Shown here one piece after another: positions 51,892 through 64,000 of a stretch of 64,000 nucleotides of DNA. Under the pieces are notes generated by a model. That model had not been told where the DNA came from. It was given only the letters and a program-made list of their open reading frames with translations, and made no database searches. The position numbers and the translations under genes were made by a program. The DNA is from Octopus sinensis (taxonomy: Eukaryota). Position 1 is the stretch's first letter; each line of letters starts with the position of its first letter. The DNA lies in assembly GCF_006345805.1 (NCBI RefSeq), contig NC_042997.1, forward strand, positions 86,738,001 through 86,802,000, written 5' to 3'.

Positions 51892-52169
51892 TATATATAT
51901 ATATACATACATACATGCATATATACATGCATATATACATACATATATGTACATACCTACATATATATGTATATATACATGCATATATAGATACAAGATG
52001 TCAAAAAATGTGAACAAAATGAAAAACGAGAACATAAAAAAACAAAAACATGGAAAACGAACCTTTTTTTGAACAACAAAAGAAACAAGACAGGCAACAT
52101 AAAGAACAATCCCTTCATCAGTTGCCCACTGTTTTATCTACTCTGCGTTTTGACACACACACACATATG

Positions 52170-52466
52170 AAGGCATTTGGCTTAGTGGTTAGGGTATTTG
52201 GCTCGCCATTGTTAGGTCGTGAGTGCAATTCCCAGCAATGCATTGTCTCCTTGAGCAAGACACTTTATTTGTTGCTCCAGTCCACACATCTGGCAAAAAT
52301 GAGTAGTACCTGTTTTTCAAATGGTCAGCCTTGTCACCCTGAGAACTACGTTAAGGGTACATGTGTCTGTGGAGTGCTCAGCCACATGCACGTTAATTTC
52401 ATGAGCAGATTCTGTTGATTGGATTGACTGGAACACTCATTGCCATAACCGATGGAGTGCCAGTCA

Positions 52467-52467
<1 letters not shown>
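52170..52467 (+). mobile_element. tRNA-derived SINE (third family), CpG-decayed
   Basis: Head ggcttagtggttagggt...ttgagcaagacact...; tail matches the 2146 element. A copy with a related head lies at 59955-60290. Confidence 0.8.
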
Positions 52468-52506
<39 letters not shown>

Positions 52507-54016
52507 TTGTCATTTTAATGTCTACTTTTCCATGGTTGCATGGGTGGATGGAGTTCTTTGAAGCAGATCTTCTACAGTTGAACACCCTTCTTGTTATCAG
52601 CCTTCACCTGCTTCATGGTCAGATATGATTTCACAGAATATTGGAAATGAATGCACAACTTGTATGACAGTAACACTGAGTTGCAACTAACATACAATGT
52701 CAAGACAAAGAGACGCAAAGACTGACAGACAGACACACACACACACACACACACACAGACACACACACACTAATCCAGCTTATCATCCTGGTTTTGTGTT
52801 GTTCACCATCTAATCTGTGAAGTCTAGTACCTTGAGATAGGATATTCTTTTTCTTTGCTTTTCTTTTTAATTTTTATTCTTTTTACTTGTTTCAGTTATT
52901 AGACTGTGGCCATGCAGGGGCACCACCTTGAGGAATATTAGTTGAATGAATTAACCCCAGTACTTATTTCTAAAACTCTGGTACTTATTCCATCAGTTTC
53001 TTTTGCCAAACTGTTAAGTTACAGGGATGTAAACAAACCAGCACCAGTTATCAAGCAGTAGTGGTGGTGGTGGGTGACAAACACAGGCACAAAGACATGC
53101 GCGCGCACACACACACACACACACGCATGCACGTGACAGGCTTCTTTCAATTTCTGCCTACCAAATCCAGTCTGGGATATTTGTATGTGTGTGCCTGTAG
53201 TATTATTCTGGATGAGTGGTACCCCAATGTAAATTTTGATTTTTGTAGAGTAGGGGTTAGGGAACTTTTTTAACCAATTACCTCAAAATATATTTATTTA
53301 TGCTGACGTTACCTCCTTGATTTAAAAAGAAGAAAATCATGGATTCTTTGAATTCAAAAGCTTTATTGAATCTATTTATATGATTCTATTTACACATCCA
53401 TTACAATGAACTGATGCAGTGTTGCTAGAAGAAACATTTCTGTCATAACAAGGAAAACATTTTTTATGTAATTTTACTTATGTCTAACAAGTCCTTATTA
53501 TCCCCAAGAATTTCATTTTTTCCCCACTTGGAGTACTTTACCCTGGTTCATTGACCCCTGTTGTTGAGAGTTTTTTCAGGCTTCAAAGAGGAAATCTAGT
53601 CTTTGAGATGAGTGTTTAGCATTGTTATATTATATGTGAACCTCAATGAAATGTCATTAAAGATTGTGCAGTCTTGCATTTGTAGGGGACTTAGATGATT
53701 TTATTTGTGTGTTGCTTTGTTTCTCTGTGGAGAGGGTTTGTTACAAGAGTGTTTCTTTAGTAATCATCATTGTCATTGTTTTAATGTCCACATTTCTATG
53801 CTTGCTTGGGTTGGACAGAATTTGTTGAGGTAGATTTTCTATGGCTGGATGCCCTTTCTATCTCCAACCCTTACCTTTTTCCCAGTAAGAATAATATTTC
53901 CCCATGACCAGACATTTTTTTCATAGAAGATTGGAAATGAAGGACAATATTTGCATGATGGTGACACTCCTTTACAACTGTCATGCAATGACAAGATAAA
54001 GAAATAGTAACGCACG

Positions 54017-54067
<51 letters not shown>

Positions 54068-56429
54068 ACTTTCAGTACATAGTTTAACAACAAGCAGAAA
54101 TATCATTGTAGCAAATATTCTGCTCAGTACCAGAGATTTGCTTGTCAGTTGCTTGACCTTAACCACTTGAGCATGTCCTTTGGTGGCTGACAATATGTGT
54201 ATCTCTGATTATGAGCAGGAGTAGTGAGTATGTGTTGGGGTTTGAATAAATGTAAGAAAAGTAATGTTTGAAGGAAGTATTATCCCCTAGGGGCATGCAA
54301 ATAGGAAATCACAATTGCTACCCAAGGACAAAAATCATGTTATACAGTGTAATTATACCAATTTAGAACATCAAATAAAATTATTCATCATGAAAAGGTA
54401 GTTATTGATTACAGTTCTGCTGAGTTGGATCTCTGAAGAAAATCCATAACTTGGAAGCAGTTACATATGGAAGCATTTCACAGGCCTGGTACTTTCAATA
54501 TGCTGTAATTTTGCTGCGTGAAAAATTTGTGTGGTTGTCTGAATGTGTAGCTCGGTATGTGTAACTATGGAAATAATGTCACTTTAGCATAAAGTTTCCA
54601 TTATTGAATAAAAACTACAGATAAATATTCCACTAGAGACAAAAGAACCATGAAAATAAAAGAGATAATGTATATAGTACTAAATGAGATCCCAAATTGT
54701 AAGCTCAGTATGACTCTCATTATTAAAAATGAATTGAAATATCACTTAAACTGGCCTGCATTTGTTGTACAATCTCAGCTCAATCATATGACAAACATGA
54801 CATCTGTTGAAAAATAAATATAAAATTGTTTGACATAAAGTGTTCTACAAAACGCCCAAAAATCTGTTTTTGTTTTTTTTTTTCCATTAGCACAAAATAT
54901 CTTGTATTTTGTTTTGTTCTTTCTAGAGTAGCTCTAATTTAAACTGGGGATAGTTATTTAAGTTGAAGTAAGTTGCTTTGCTATTATATTTTTCCATAGA
55001 GTTTATCTTAGAAACTCTGATGAAATATAATAAAATTGCAATTAATTGTCTGCAGGTTGTTTTTCTTGTCCAAAGGTTCTAACACTTCTGAATGAACTAG
55101 ACTGGGAACAAAATATTTTGTGTTCACTTTGTTTAAAGCCTTTCTCTTACATACTCATATTTACTAGTGTAAATAGGTTGTAATAGAATTGTTTGCCTGG
55201 TAGTTAATAACTACTAAAGAAAACATAAAGTATGTGACTGAAATTGTTAATTTTTGTTGACTTCACTTCATATGTGTGCTACTTAGTGAAAAATGTATTA
55301 TTGTTAATATTTGAGTGAAAAATGGACAACAAACATTATAGTTAGAAATATAGCACATCAAATCCAAAGACATAATCTTTGATAATATGACAATTATCAT
55401 CATCATTTAGTGTCCTTGCTCCATATTGGTATGGGTTAGACAGTTTGGCAGGATCAAATGGGCTCAAGGATTGCATCTGATCCATTGTCTACTTTGTCAT
55501 AGCTTCTATGGCTGGATGCCCTTCCTAATGTCAGCTGCTTTACAGCATTTACAAGGTGCTATTATTGTGCCACCAGAACTAGTGAGGTCACCAAACAGCT
55601 TGTAAGAGACCGCAAACACTGAGAGTGGCGTTATGCTGGAAAATAAGGGGTTAAAATATGAGAGAAGAGACTAGAGCAGAACAGGTTTCTTGGCTACTTA
55701 TGTTTTAGAAGGGTTGGAAGGGTGATTGAAGTGGGGCAGAGAAGAGATAAAAACATTTCAGTGATAAGGCATTTGTGTTGATCAGGAAAGTACAAAGTGG
55801 ACAGATGAATAAGGAGTGTGTGGGTGGGTAGTACAGGAACGGTGGTGGTGGTGGTGGGAAATAATGAATGATGAACAAGTGTTGAGTGGATGATAAGTGG
55901 GGAAGGTAAGCAAGAGTAGATAACTACTATAGAATTTGAATAGGTTTGAGAAGTGGATGTAGTGAATGATGGAGAAAGGGTTGGGGTGAGGTGACCAATG
56001 ATGTATGGAGGTGAAGTGTAGCGTGATGATCATGTACACAGGAGAAAGATGAAAGAGAGAGAGAGACAAATGATGATTGGTTGGATAAGTTGCAAGAGTG
56101 CAGCAAGAGAGAGAGAGAGAGAGAGAGAGAGGCAAGCATTGTACATGGGGAGAGTGAGAGATATGGTGGTAGAAAAGAGGTAAGATGATATGGTGGGTGG
56201 TGGGGTGAGCAATGTATAGTGTAGCTGGAGAGGACAGTATTAAGGATGAGGGCTGGAAATCATGTGAAGTAATTCCTGGTAGTGAGAAGGATTAAAGGTA
56301 TCTAGGGAACACTGCATTTAGAGAGATGGAGGGTGGTGGGAATGTTTTGGGAAGGAATTTGGGTAAACGGCCTAGTTGTGGATACACACACATACACACA
56401 CATACATAGAGCACTTTCAGAACTTAGTT

Positions 56430-56650
56430 TTACTGAGGTGGACGGGCCTTCTTGAGAACCACACATTACAGTCATCCCAGTCCCTTGTTGTCTCTGTGAG
56501 ATTCAAGGTCTTGAGATCAGCCTTCGCCACATCATCCCATGTCCTCCTGGGTCTCCCTCTTCAGCAAACTCTATCCACATAAGTAATTAACACTACTTTG
56601 TCCTCATTTACATGCAGCACACAGCCATACCAGTGTAGTCTTCTTTCTTG
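56430..56650 (-). mobile_element. Old RTE LINE fragment of the same type as 63014-64000
   Basis: RLHWYGCVLHVNED...RGRPRRTWDDVAKADLKTLNLTE. Confidence 0.75.
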
Positions 56651-57873
56651 TACTTTTGCAAGAAATTCTGTTAATTATAAATTTATAATGGCTTTGAATT
56701 ATTATTGTCCATATTGTCATATGCTTAACTCTCAATAGATTCCATTGTTCATAAAAAAAATATATAAAATAAGACAGACCTATTCCAACTTTATGCTTGA
56801 ACAATTAGTTGTAAGAAAGATGTTTTACTTTTAAAATAGTTACTTCACAAAACAATAAATAAATAAAAGTAACATCTCTCTCTAGTAAATATTGGCAAAC
56901 ATGTAAACCATGTCAATGAAACTATTTCAGACTCTTGTAAATAAACGTTTGTTTTATTTGTTGGCAACAACTGAGATTAGGAAATAGAGAAATGCACTCA
57001 CTGATGGACACTCCTGCTGTCATTAAAATTATCTTCACAGTTTAACCGAAAAAGAAGGTTTCACTTTATCTCTTTTGTATTTTGACAAGTCTTTTTATTT
57101 ACTCTTCCTATTTCCACTAATGTTCTACTATTATATTTACAATTATTTTTTAAATGTACGTTACTGAACCTATTCTGTTTTATATTCATTTTCATTCGAT
57201 TGAACTAGTTTGCATTTACCTGACTTTATTATGTCACCTGTCAAGATCCTGAGTAACATTTAAGAGGACAGTAGGGTAATATCCCATATCTGTACAGAAC
57301 TGTGTGATAAAGGTTTTCTTTTTTTTTCTTTGAAGGTTGACTTGTATATATTCATGTCCTGTTATCCTTAGGAGTATATCACTAATGAGCCCTTGCTGAA
57401 CTCTGCAAAACACATGCATAACTCTCAAGTGGCATCAGTGAATGCAAGAATATCATACAGTCTTTGGCTTTATACTTTCCGCACAAAGTATTTAGAACAA
57501 CCCATAACATCTGAGCATACCTTACCTCTAAGTGTTTGGTGAGTGTTCACGCAATGGACCTATACAATAGCACACAGGTTCCATACTTTTGTATTTGGAA
57601 CCTGTTATTGTAAATTATAGCAGTAACTGGCAAGAAAATAAACCTTCTCTTTCTTTCTCATATGTATTCATTATTCATTTATTAGTTCTAAATGTTTAAT
57701 AAGATTTAACAACCTGAACACTTTGTCCAGCTCTCTAGTACTGTATTTATTGAATGACTGAGTGCACCTATAGACTAATTATCACAAGGTATTTTTGTTC
57801 AATGCACCAATTTATTAAACATCCTCTTACTGACGAATGCATGCATGCATGCACGCACACACACACACACACA

Positions 57874-58637
57874 CACGTGGTCTGATCAATAAGTATCCGG
57901 ACTGCTGCTATAGTAACAAAGCTAAAGCATGCAGAGTGAAGCCGCTTGGCACAGATTGACCTTGAACTCTGTTGTGCATGTGCATTAAGTTTTAACATTC
58001 TAGCTTGCTTCCACTGTTTACAGCAGTACTTGGAAGGAAGGTGTGTAGCATGTGATCATCACATTGACCATGACAGAAAGTTGAGCAGAGAATCTGCATT
58101 AAATTTAACCAAAAGCTTGGCGATACCTGCTCAGAGGCCTATGCAAAGTTTTCAAAAAGTTTTCATCGTTCTTGACACAATCAGGGAGAACTTGTGCAAA
58201 TGAAACCCAAGTGTCTTTTTGGTCTGTTGAAAGCAGTTTTGGCACAAACATGGCAGACTTGTGTCTTATACCCAAATCTTCAAGGGTAATGGACTGAACT
58301 GAACCATAACTAATCTGCACATCCTCTAACTCACAGATGGTGATTTGATGAGTTCTCACAGCTGCTCACACATCTGTGACAGTTTCCCCAGTTCTGCTGG
58401 TTGTGGGTGTCCTTGAATGTTCGTCACTATCAACATTTTTGCAGCCATCTTGGAAACGTTTGTGTGTGGCTCATACACTCCTCTCCATACACTTTCTGCA
58501 ACTTTGTGTAGGCCTCTTAGCAGGTATCGTTGTGACAACTTTCTCTGTCATGATCAATGCAATGATCATATGCTACATATGTTCCTTCCATGCACTGCTG
58601 TAATAATCAGAAGTGAGCTAGAATGTTAAAACTCAAG
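57874..58637. mobile_element. Two convergent mariner fragments (plus: TIR + N-terminus 57874-58155; minus: 58637-58150)
   Basis: TIR-like cacgtggtctgatcaataagtatccggact; EQRICIKF.QKLGDTCSEAYAK; minus strand ITICELEDVQISYGSVQSI..EDLGIR..SAMFVPKLLS.DQK, a mariner HTH region. Confidence 0.85.
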
Positions 58638-58974
58638 CTATTAATCAACCTGAGTTTATGGTTAATGACACTGCTTAAGGTGCTGTGTAGTAGGATTGAA
58701 CCCAGAACCACATACTTGTGCTCATATATACATACACATGTTTGGATGTGCAAATAGGAGAAAGAGTTATCTACACATATAGTAGTTTCTCTTTTAAGTG
58801 GAATCTGATGACTTTATTGTTACTCCAAATTTCTTGCTTTTGTGTGTTCATACATTTATCTTCTTGTAGACAAATGTACAAAAGCAACAAACCTGGGGTA
58901 ATGACAAGGTGAACCATAAGTTTTGAACAAATCTATCAGCAGGACTGATTAGTGCTATTTCAACAACAGCAACT

Positions 58975-59193
58975 GAGCATTTAATCCTGCCTTATCTGGT
59001 CCAAATATTCTATCTGTCTTAAGTTAAAACTGAGCAGATCCAACCTTTCACACCTACTCTACAATGTCATTCTAAAAATATACAAATACACCATTGAAAT
59101 TTTGAAGCTACTAGCTAATGCATGATTAATTCAAGACAATGTGAATAAATAAGCATTACATTTGACAAAGAAATCTGAATGGGAAAGAGTTAA
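58975..59193 (-). mobile_element. Probable piggyBac-type MITE remnant
   Basis: Minus strand begins TTAA-CTCTTT.CC.ATTCAGATT. The other end is degenerate. Family assignment is from recalled features. Confidence 0.5.
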
Positions 59194-59461
59194 AGATGAG
59201 TATTCTAATTACATAGTATTTACAGGTATATATAGGTATATATTTACTGGTATATATTCTTGATATTAAAGATGATTTAGTTGCCATAGTATTCTAATTA
59301 CTTGATATTTACAAATGTAGGTATATTTTATTCTTGAAATTTGCCTGAATACATTTTAAAATTTTATTTTCGTTTTTTTCTTTACTGTTTTGTTATATGT
59401 CTTTTTTATGTTTATACATTTTTCTCAACTAATAATTTTTTCCTGTGCTTTTATCTTGAAG

Positions 59462-59581
59462 GTTGATCTCACGAGAGAGTTTATCTTCCGAAATAGTGGT
59501 CAAACTTACAATGGAGTCCCTGTTATGGCATCAAATATGGATACAGTTGGAACTTTTGAAATGGCTATTACTCTTGCCAAG
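59462..59581 (+). CDS. GMPR: GMP reductase internal coding exon (equivalent to vertebrate coding exon 2)
   Basis: Translates [40 protein letters not shown], matching the GMPR motif [26 protein letters not shown]. Exactly 120 nt, phase 0/0, pyrimidine tract + ag before and gtttgt after. Flanking exons were not found in the window. Confidence 0.92.
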
Positions 59582-59954
59582 GTTTGTTAAATTGTTAAAT
59601 GCATTGTTAAATTTTCATTAAGTGTCATTATTAAGGGCTAACTTGGTAGAGTACAGTAAAAAATCCCTTTGATACTTAGTTATCTCCCTTTATACTCAGA
59701 TTTCTTCATAGAGATTGTCATCTTTCTGTAGTTGGTAGCATAAATACTATACCATTCCTGTGGTTGTTGCTTTGTAACTTTGGTGTATTTGATATATCAT
59801 ATATTTCAACCCATTTGTTTGTTTGATGGATTTTTGGTTCTTTATTAAAATTATGTTTAGTTGTTCAGTTATGAAGGGGTATTTTTCTTGCTATGCATTA
59901 CACTTTGTGTATTTCAACCCAATGATCACATAGCCATACTATTTAATGAAACTG

Positions 59955-60290
59955 CATGACTCAGTGGTTAGAGCATCAGGCTTACAATTGTGAGGTTGTG
60001 GGTTTGATTCCCAGATTAGGATGTGTGTTGTGTTCTTGAGCAAGACATTTTATTTCATGTTGTTCCAGTTCACTTAGCTGTAGAAATGAGTTGCGGTGTC
60101 ACTGGTTCCAAGCTGTATTGGCCTTTGCTTTCCCTTGGATAACATTGGTGGCGTGGAGATGGGGGACTGGTATGCATGGGTGACTGTTAGTCTTCTACAA
60201 AACAGCCTTGCCCGGACTTGTGCCTCAGAGGGGAACTCTCTAGGTGCAATCCTATGGTCATTCATGAACAAAGGGGGTCTTTACCCTTTA
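59955..60290 (+). mobile_element. tRNA-derived SINE, CpG-decayed
   Basis: gactcagtggttagagcatc...gggtttgattccc...ttgagcaagacattttatttc central domain. Confidence 0.75.
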
Positions 60291-61046
60291 CTATTTAATG
60301 AGACTAACAGTTTAATGTGGGACCTGAACTAGGCAGTTGAAGAGAGGGCATTCAGAGATAAACACAATTTTACAGTTATGATATTATTTAGATGGCTACT
60401 GTGATGGAAGGCTTAAATAAAAGGCCTAAGATAATATATAATGGATGTATTATAATGATGATGAAGAAAAACACTTTAAAAGACAAGGAGAAATGTTGAA
60501 AGGTGGCAATGGTCCAAAAGCTAGCTTCTCAGAGGGAAGAAAGTTTGATCAATAGAACAGCTAAACTTTTATGCAAACATGAAAATGGGTGAACCTATCA
60601 AATTATTTGTAGAAGCAATTGATAAGAAATGCTAAGTTGCTATGACTGCTTAAGATACATCCTCAAATGAGTGATGTCTGTATGAAAGCTGGTGGCTAGT
60701 ATCAGAAAACAGTAGCTTTATTTTTACATGTCTCACAAGTTAATTGGTCTCAACTTGAGATATTCAAGTAATCTGACTATATTTAATAAAAGAGAAAGAA
60801 AAAGCAAAAAAATATGTTTGCTGAAAGTCAGGAAAACAAAATTTTTCTCTGAGAGATTATAAAAAAATATTTTGATGAGCTTGCATAATTTCAAATTCTA
60901 TTAGCAATACCAGAGAGAGAGAGAAGAAAGAATGAAAAAAAGAAAGGATTTAAAATTATTGCATTTCTTTTTCATGTTTGTTTTATTGAGCATAACTATA
61001 ATTGATGCAAATATGTTTGTTTTGATACTTACAACACAGACAGACA

Positions 61047-61083
<37 letters not shown>

Positions 61084-61944
61084 TGTCACTATGAGGGAAC
61101 ACCTTGGCAATATTTGCCGAGCATACAATAATGAACAATTCAACACAGGTGACCTAGATGGGTGATGGCATCAGATGAAGACATAAACAATCTATTTTGC
61201 AGAATTGGACAGTTAAATACCCATTATAAGGTGTAAAATGAAGAATAAATTTACTGTGTATCATCTCACTGTCTCATGGGAAAGTTAGCAAAAATGTATG
61301 GCGATTCTCTTCTATATGTTGAGTGAAAAATCAATAATTCTGAATCATGAACTCAAGGCAGAGTGCCAGAAACAGTAGAGTGCAGGACTAAATGTCATAC
61401 AATATTTAACTCTGCTCCCCTGTTCTGCGCATTCAAATCTCTTGAAAAAAATCAACATTATTTTGCATCTTGATAGTAGTTGTTAAAATAACTACTACAC
61501 ATTTATTGGATATCAGTTAATCTTTAAGTTCTTTTGTGATAAATATGAAACCATAGATTCCTCTCCTTCATCATCATTGCCACTTCCAATGCCATCACCA
61601 CTATCACACAACTTCACACCGCACATATTCTGCACAATTTATTAATTAAGCAGAGCCACAATATGGACTCTTCATATGTACCATGACCAATGAAGTAAAT
61701 CTGAAATATGGTTATTGCTAGTTGAAAATTATTATTATTGTTATTATTATTATTTTTATCATTATTATTAAGATGGAGCTGGCATAATCATTTGTACCTG
61801 AGGCAAAATGCTTAATGCCAAAATTTGAATCCATTATTATTATTATTATTATTATCATTATTACATAATGAAAACTCACAGCTTATTTTGCTGGGTATGA
61901 TGGAAAGTGTCAGCTGTCCACAGCCAGCAGACTAAGGTGACACT

Positions 61945-62390
61945 AGTTTACTGGTCATGCTTCAAGATATCTGCGAAGAATTCTTGCAGTTACAAGCAAT
62001 ACAGATTTTTTTAGGCGTTCTATCTTCACACTTGTATCAGTCTTTTTGAGCCATGTTGGTAGTTGAGTACCAATACTTCCAAGTCTGCCAATTACTATTG
62101 GTACCACGTTTACTCTCCTCATTGACCACAATCTTTGTATTTCCCACTTCAAATCATCATAGTTTATTTTTTCTTCTTTCTCTTTGATCCTGTTGTCACT
62201 GGGACATGACTAAGTTGATTATCTAGCGAGTTCTTCCTTTTTTATTCACCACAACAATGTCTGGTTTCCGATGTCTGGTCAGGTGATTGCAGCCCACAGG
62301 ATTTTGCAATTCTTATTCTGGGGTTTTCTCATACCATGTCTTTGCTTTGTAGGCTGTGATTTCCGCAGAGCTCCCAATGGATCGTTCTTG
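61945..62390 (-). mobile_element. Non-LTR retrotransposon with restriction-like endonuclease (R2/R4/NeSL type), 3' fragment
   Basis: KPDIVVVNKK...CPSDNRIKEKEEKINYDDLKWEIQRLW...VVPIVIGRLGSI...KSVLLVTARILRRYL, the PD..D..KE.EK..KY RLE pattern. Confidence 0.85.
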
Positions 62391-62958
62391 CCACAAAAAC
62401 AACAACAACATCATCATCATCATAGTAGCAAGCTGACAGAATTGTTAGCATGTTGAACTAAATGCTTAGTAGTATTTTGTCTGTCTTTATATTTTGAGTT
62501 CAAATTCTGCCATAGTTGACTTTGGCTTTCATCCTTTCGGGGTTGATATAACAAATACCAGTTGAACACTGGGGTGGATGTAATCAAATTACCCCCTCCC
62601 ATAAAATTACAGGCCTTGTACCTATAGTGGAGACCACTTATTATTAGTATTGTGTTTCAAAAGTTTCATATTTCAACACTTAGTCTTCTTCTGTGTTCTT
62701 GAGGTAGTATAGTATTGTTTCTTTGGGGATGGGTGTAGAATTATATTTATATGCTACATTTACTTTGATTTGTTGTGAGGTTTGTTTTATTGTTCTGGGT
62801 GTTACTTTAGTGTTGCATCTGTTTGTTTGTGTGTGTGTGTGTAGAATATGTGCAATCTGAGGTGTGTTATTTCATTGGTTGATGATTGCATAGTGTATGT
62901 ATTGTGTGAGTTGTGCTACTGAATTGAGAAGGATTTGCATAGAGTGTGGACTGTATAT

Positions 62959-63013
62959 ATGAGGGGGTGCTGAAAACTTTCTGGCTTTAAGGGTATCGCA
63001 AAACACCTGGTTC
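62959..63013 (+). mobile_element. Mariner-like TIR fragment interrupted by the RTE insertion
   Basis: TA-tgagggggtgctgaaaactttctggcttt end, abruptly followed by the (CAT)n tail of the RTE. Confidence 0.55.
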
Positions 63014-64000
63014 ATCATCATCATTGTTTAACGTCCGTTTTCCATGCTAGCATGGGTTGGACGGTTCAACTGGGGTCTGGGAAGCCAGAAGGCTGCGCCA
63101 GGCCCAGTCTGATCTGGCGGTGTTTCTACAGCTGGATGCCCTTCCTAACGCCAACCACTCCGTGAGTGTAGTGGGTGCTTTTTACATGCCACCTGCACAG
63201 GTGCCAGAGGAGGCTGGCAAATGGCCACGATTGGATGGTGCTTTTTACGTGCCACCAGCAGGGAGCCAGACGAGGCTGGCAACGGCCACAATCGGATGGT
63301 GCTTTTTACGTGCCACCAGCATGGAGGCCAGTCGGGGCGGCGCTGGCAATGGCCACGTTCAGATGGTTCTCTTACGTGCCACCGGCACTGGTATCACAGC
63401 TACAATTTCCATTGATGTTGATCGATTTCGATTTTGATTTTGATTTTCACTTGCCTCAACAGGTCTTCAGAAGTAGGGTTTGTGTCACAAGAAGGAAAGG
63501 TATGCATAAGTGGGCTGGCTACGTCCCTGGTAGAGGCCACGGGTTATGGTCTCACTTGTCCTGCCGGGTCTTCCCATGCACAGCATACTTCCAAAGGTCT
63601 CGGTCTCGGTGAGGCCTAAAGTTCGAAGGTCGTACTTCACCACCTCGTCCAAGGTTTTCCTGGGTCTACCTCTTCCACAGGTTCCCTCAACCACTAGGGT
63701 GTGGCACTTTTTTACACAACTATCTTCATCCATTCTCGCTACATGACCATACCAACGCAAACGTCTCTCTTGCACATCACAACTGATGCTTCTTAGGTCC
63801 AACTTTTCTCTCAAGGTACTTACACTCTGTCGAGTATGAACACTGACATTACACATCCATCGGAGCATACTGGCTTCATTTCTTGCGAGCTTACGCATAT
63901 CCTCAGCAGTCACGGCCCAAGTTTCACTGCCATGTAGCATGGCTGTTCGTACACATGTGTCATACAGTCTGCCTTTTACTCTGAGCGAGAGGCCTTTAGT
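63014..64000 (-). mobile_element. Young RTE LINE 3' portion (ORF tail, 3' UTR with ~60-65-bp tandem repeats, (GAT)n tail); runs off the window end
   Basis: MLHGSETW...RNEASMLRWMC...QERRLRWYGHVARMDED..VK.....VEG...RGRPRKT. Four ggtgctttttacgtgccacc units at 63170-63390. 3'-UTR-only relatives at about 52500, 53770 and 55400. Confidence 0.92.

Noticed and set aside
63170-63390. Repeat-spacer pattern reminiscent of a CRISPR array
   Set aside because: The spacers are homologous to each other, the context is a eukaryotic LINE 3' UTR and there are no cas genes.

Overview
Eukaryotic, AT-rich, microsatellite- and SINE-dense genomic DNA, most consistent with an octopus (coleoid cephalopod); the taxon is inferred from repeat style and gene content, not from a database search. 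Two protein-coding genes are recognisable. One is a Snail-family C2H2 zinc-finger gene (minus strand, large terminal exon 33049-34298, no SNAG exon found). The other is a single 120-bp internal exon of GMP reductase (plus strand, 59462-59581). The rest is mostly mobile DNA: several tRNA-derived SINE families, RTE LINE fragments, an R2/R4-type endonuclease tail, Penelope-like remnants, three Tc1/mariner relics (DD37E, DD37D, mariner), Helitron/Helentron non-autonomous elements and MITEs. A 100-N gap lies at 44343-44442. The most notable observations are: (i) a tRNA-headed short element carrying a minimal hammerhead ribozyme with an inverted partner copy (29.65-30.09 kb), plus other short hammerhead-like motifs; (ii) an abrupt switch from CpG-intact to CpG-decayed repeats at the gap, consistent with gene-body methylation of the GMPR intron versus an unmethylated Snail domain; (iii) an unusual number of local inverted duplications; (iv) a decayed zinc-finger segment 25 kb downstream of Snail. 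Nearly all other ORFs in the supplied track are microsatellite artefacts. All structural folds and identities were read by hand.
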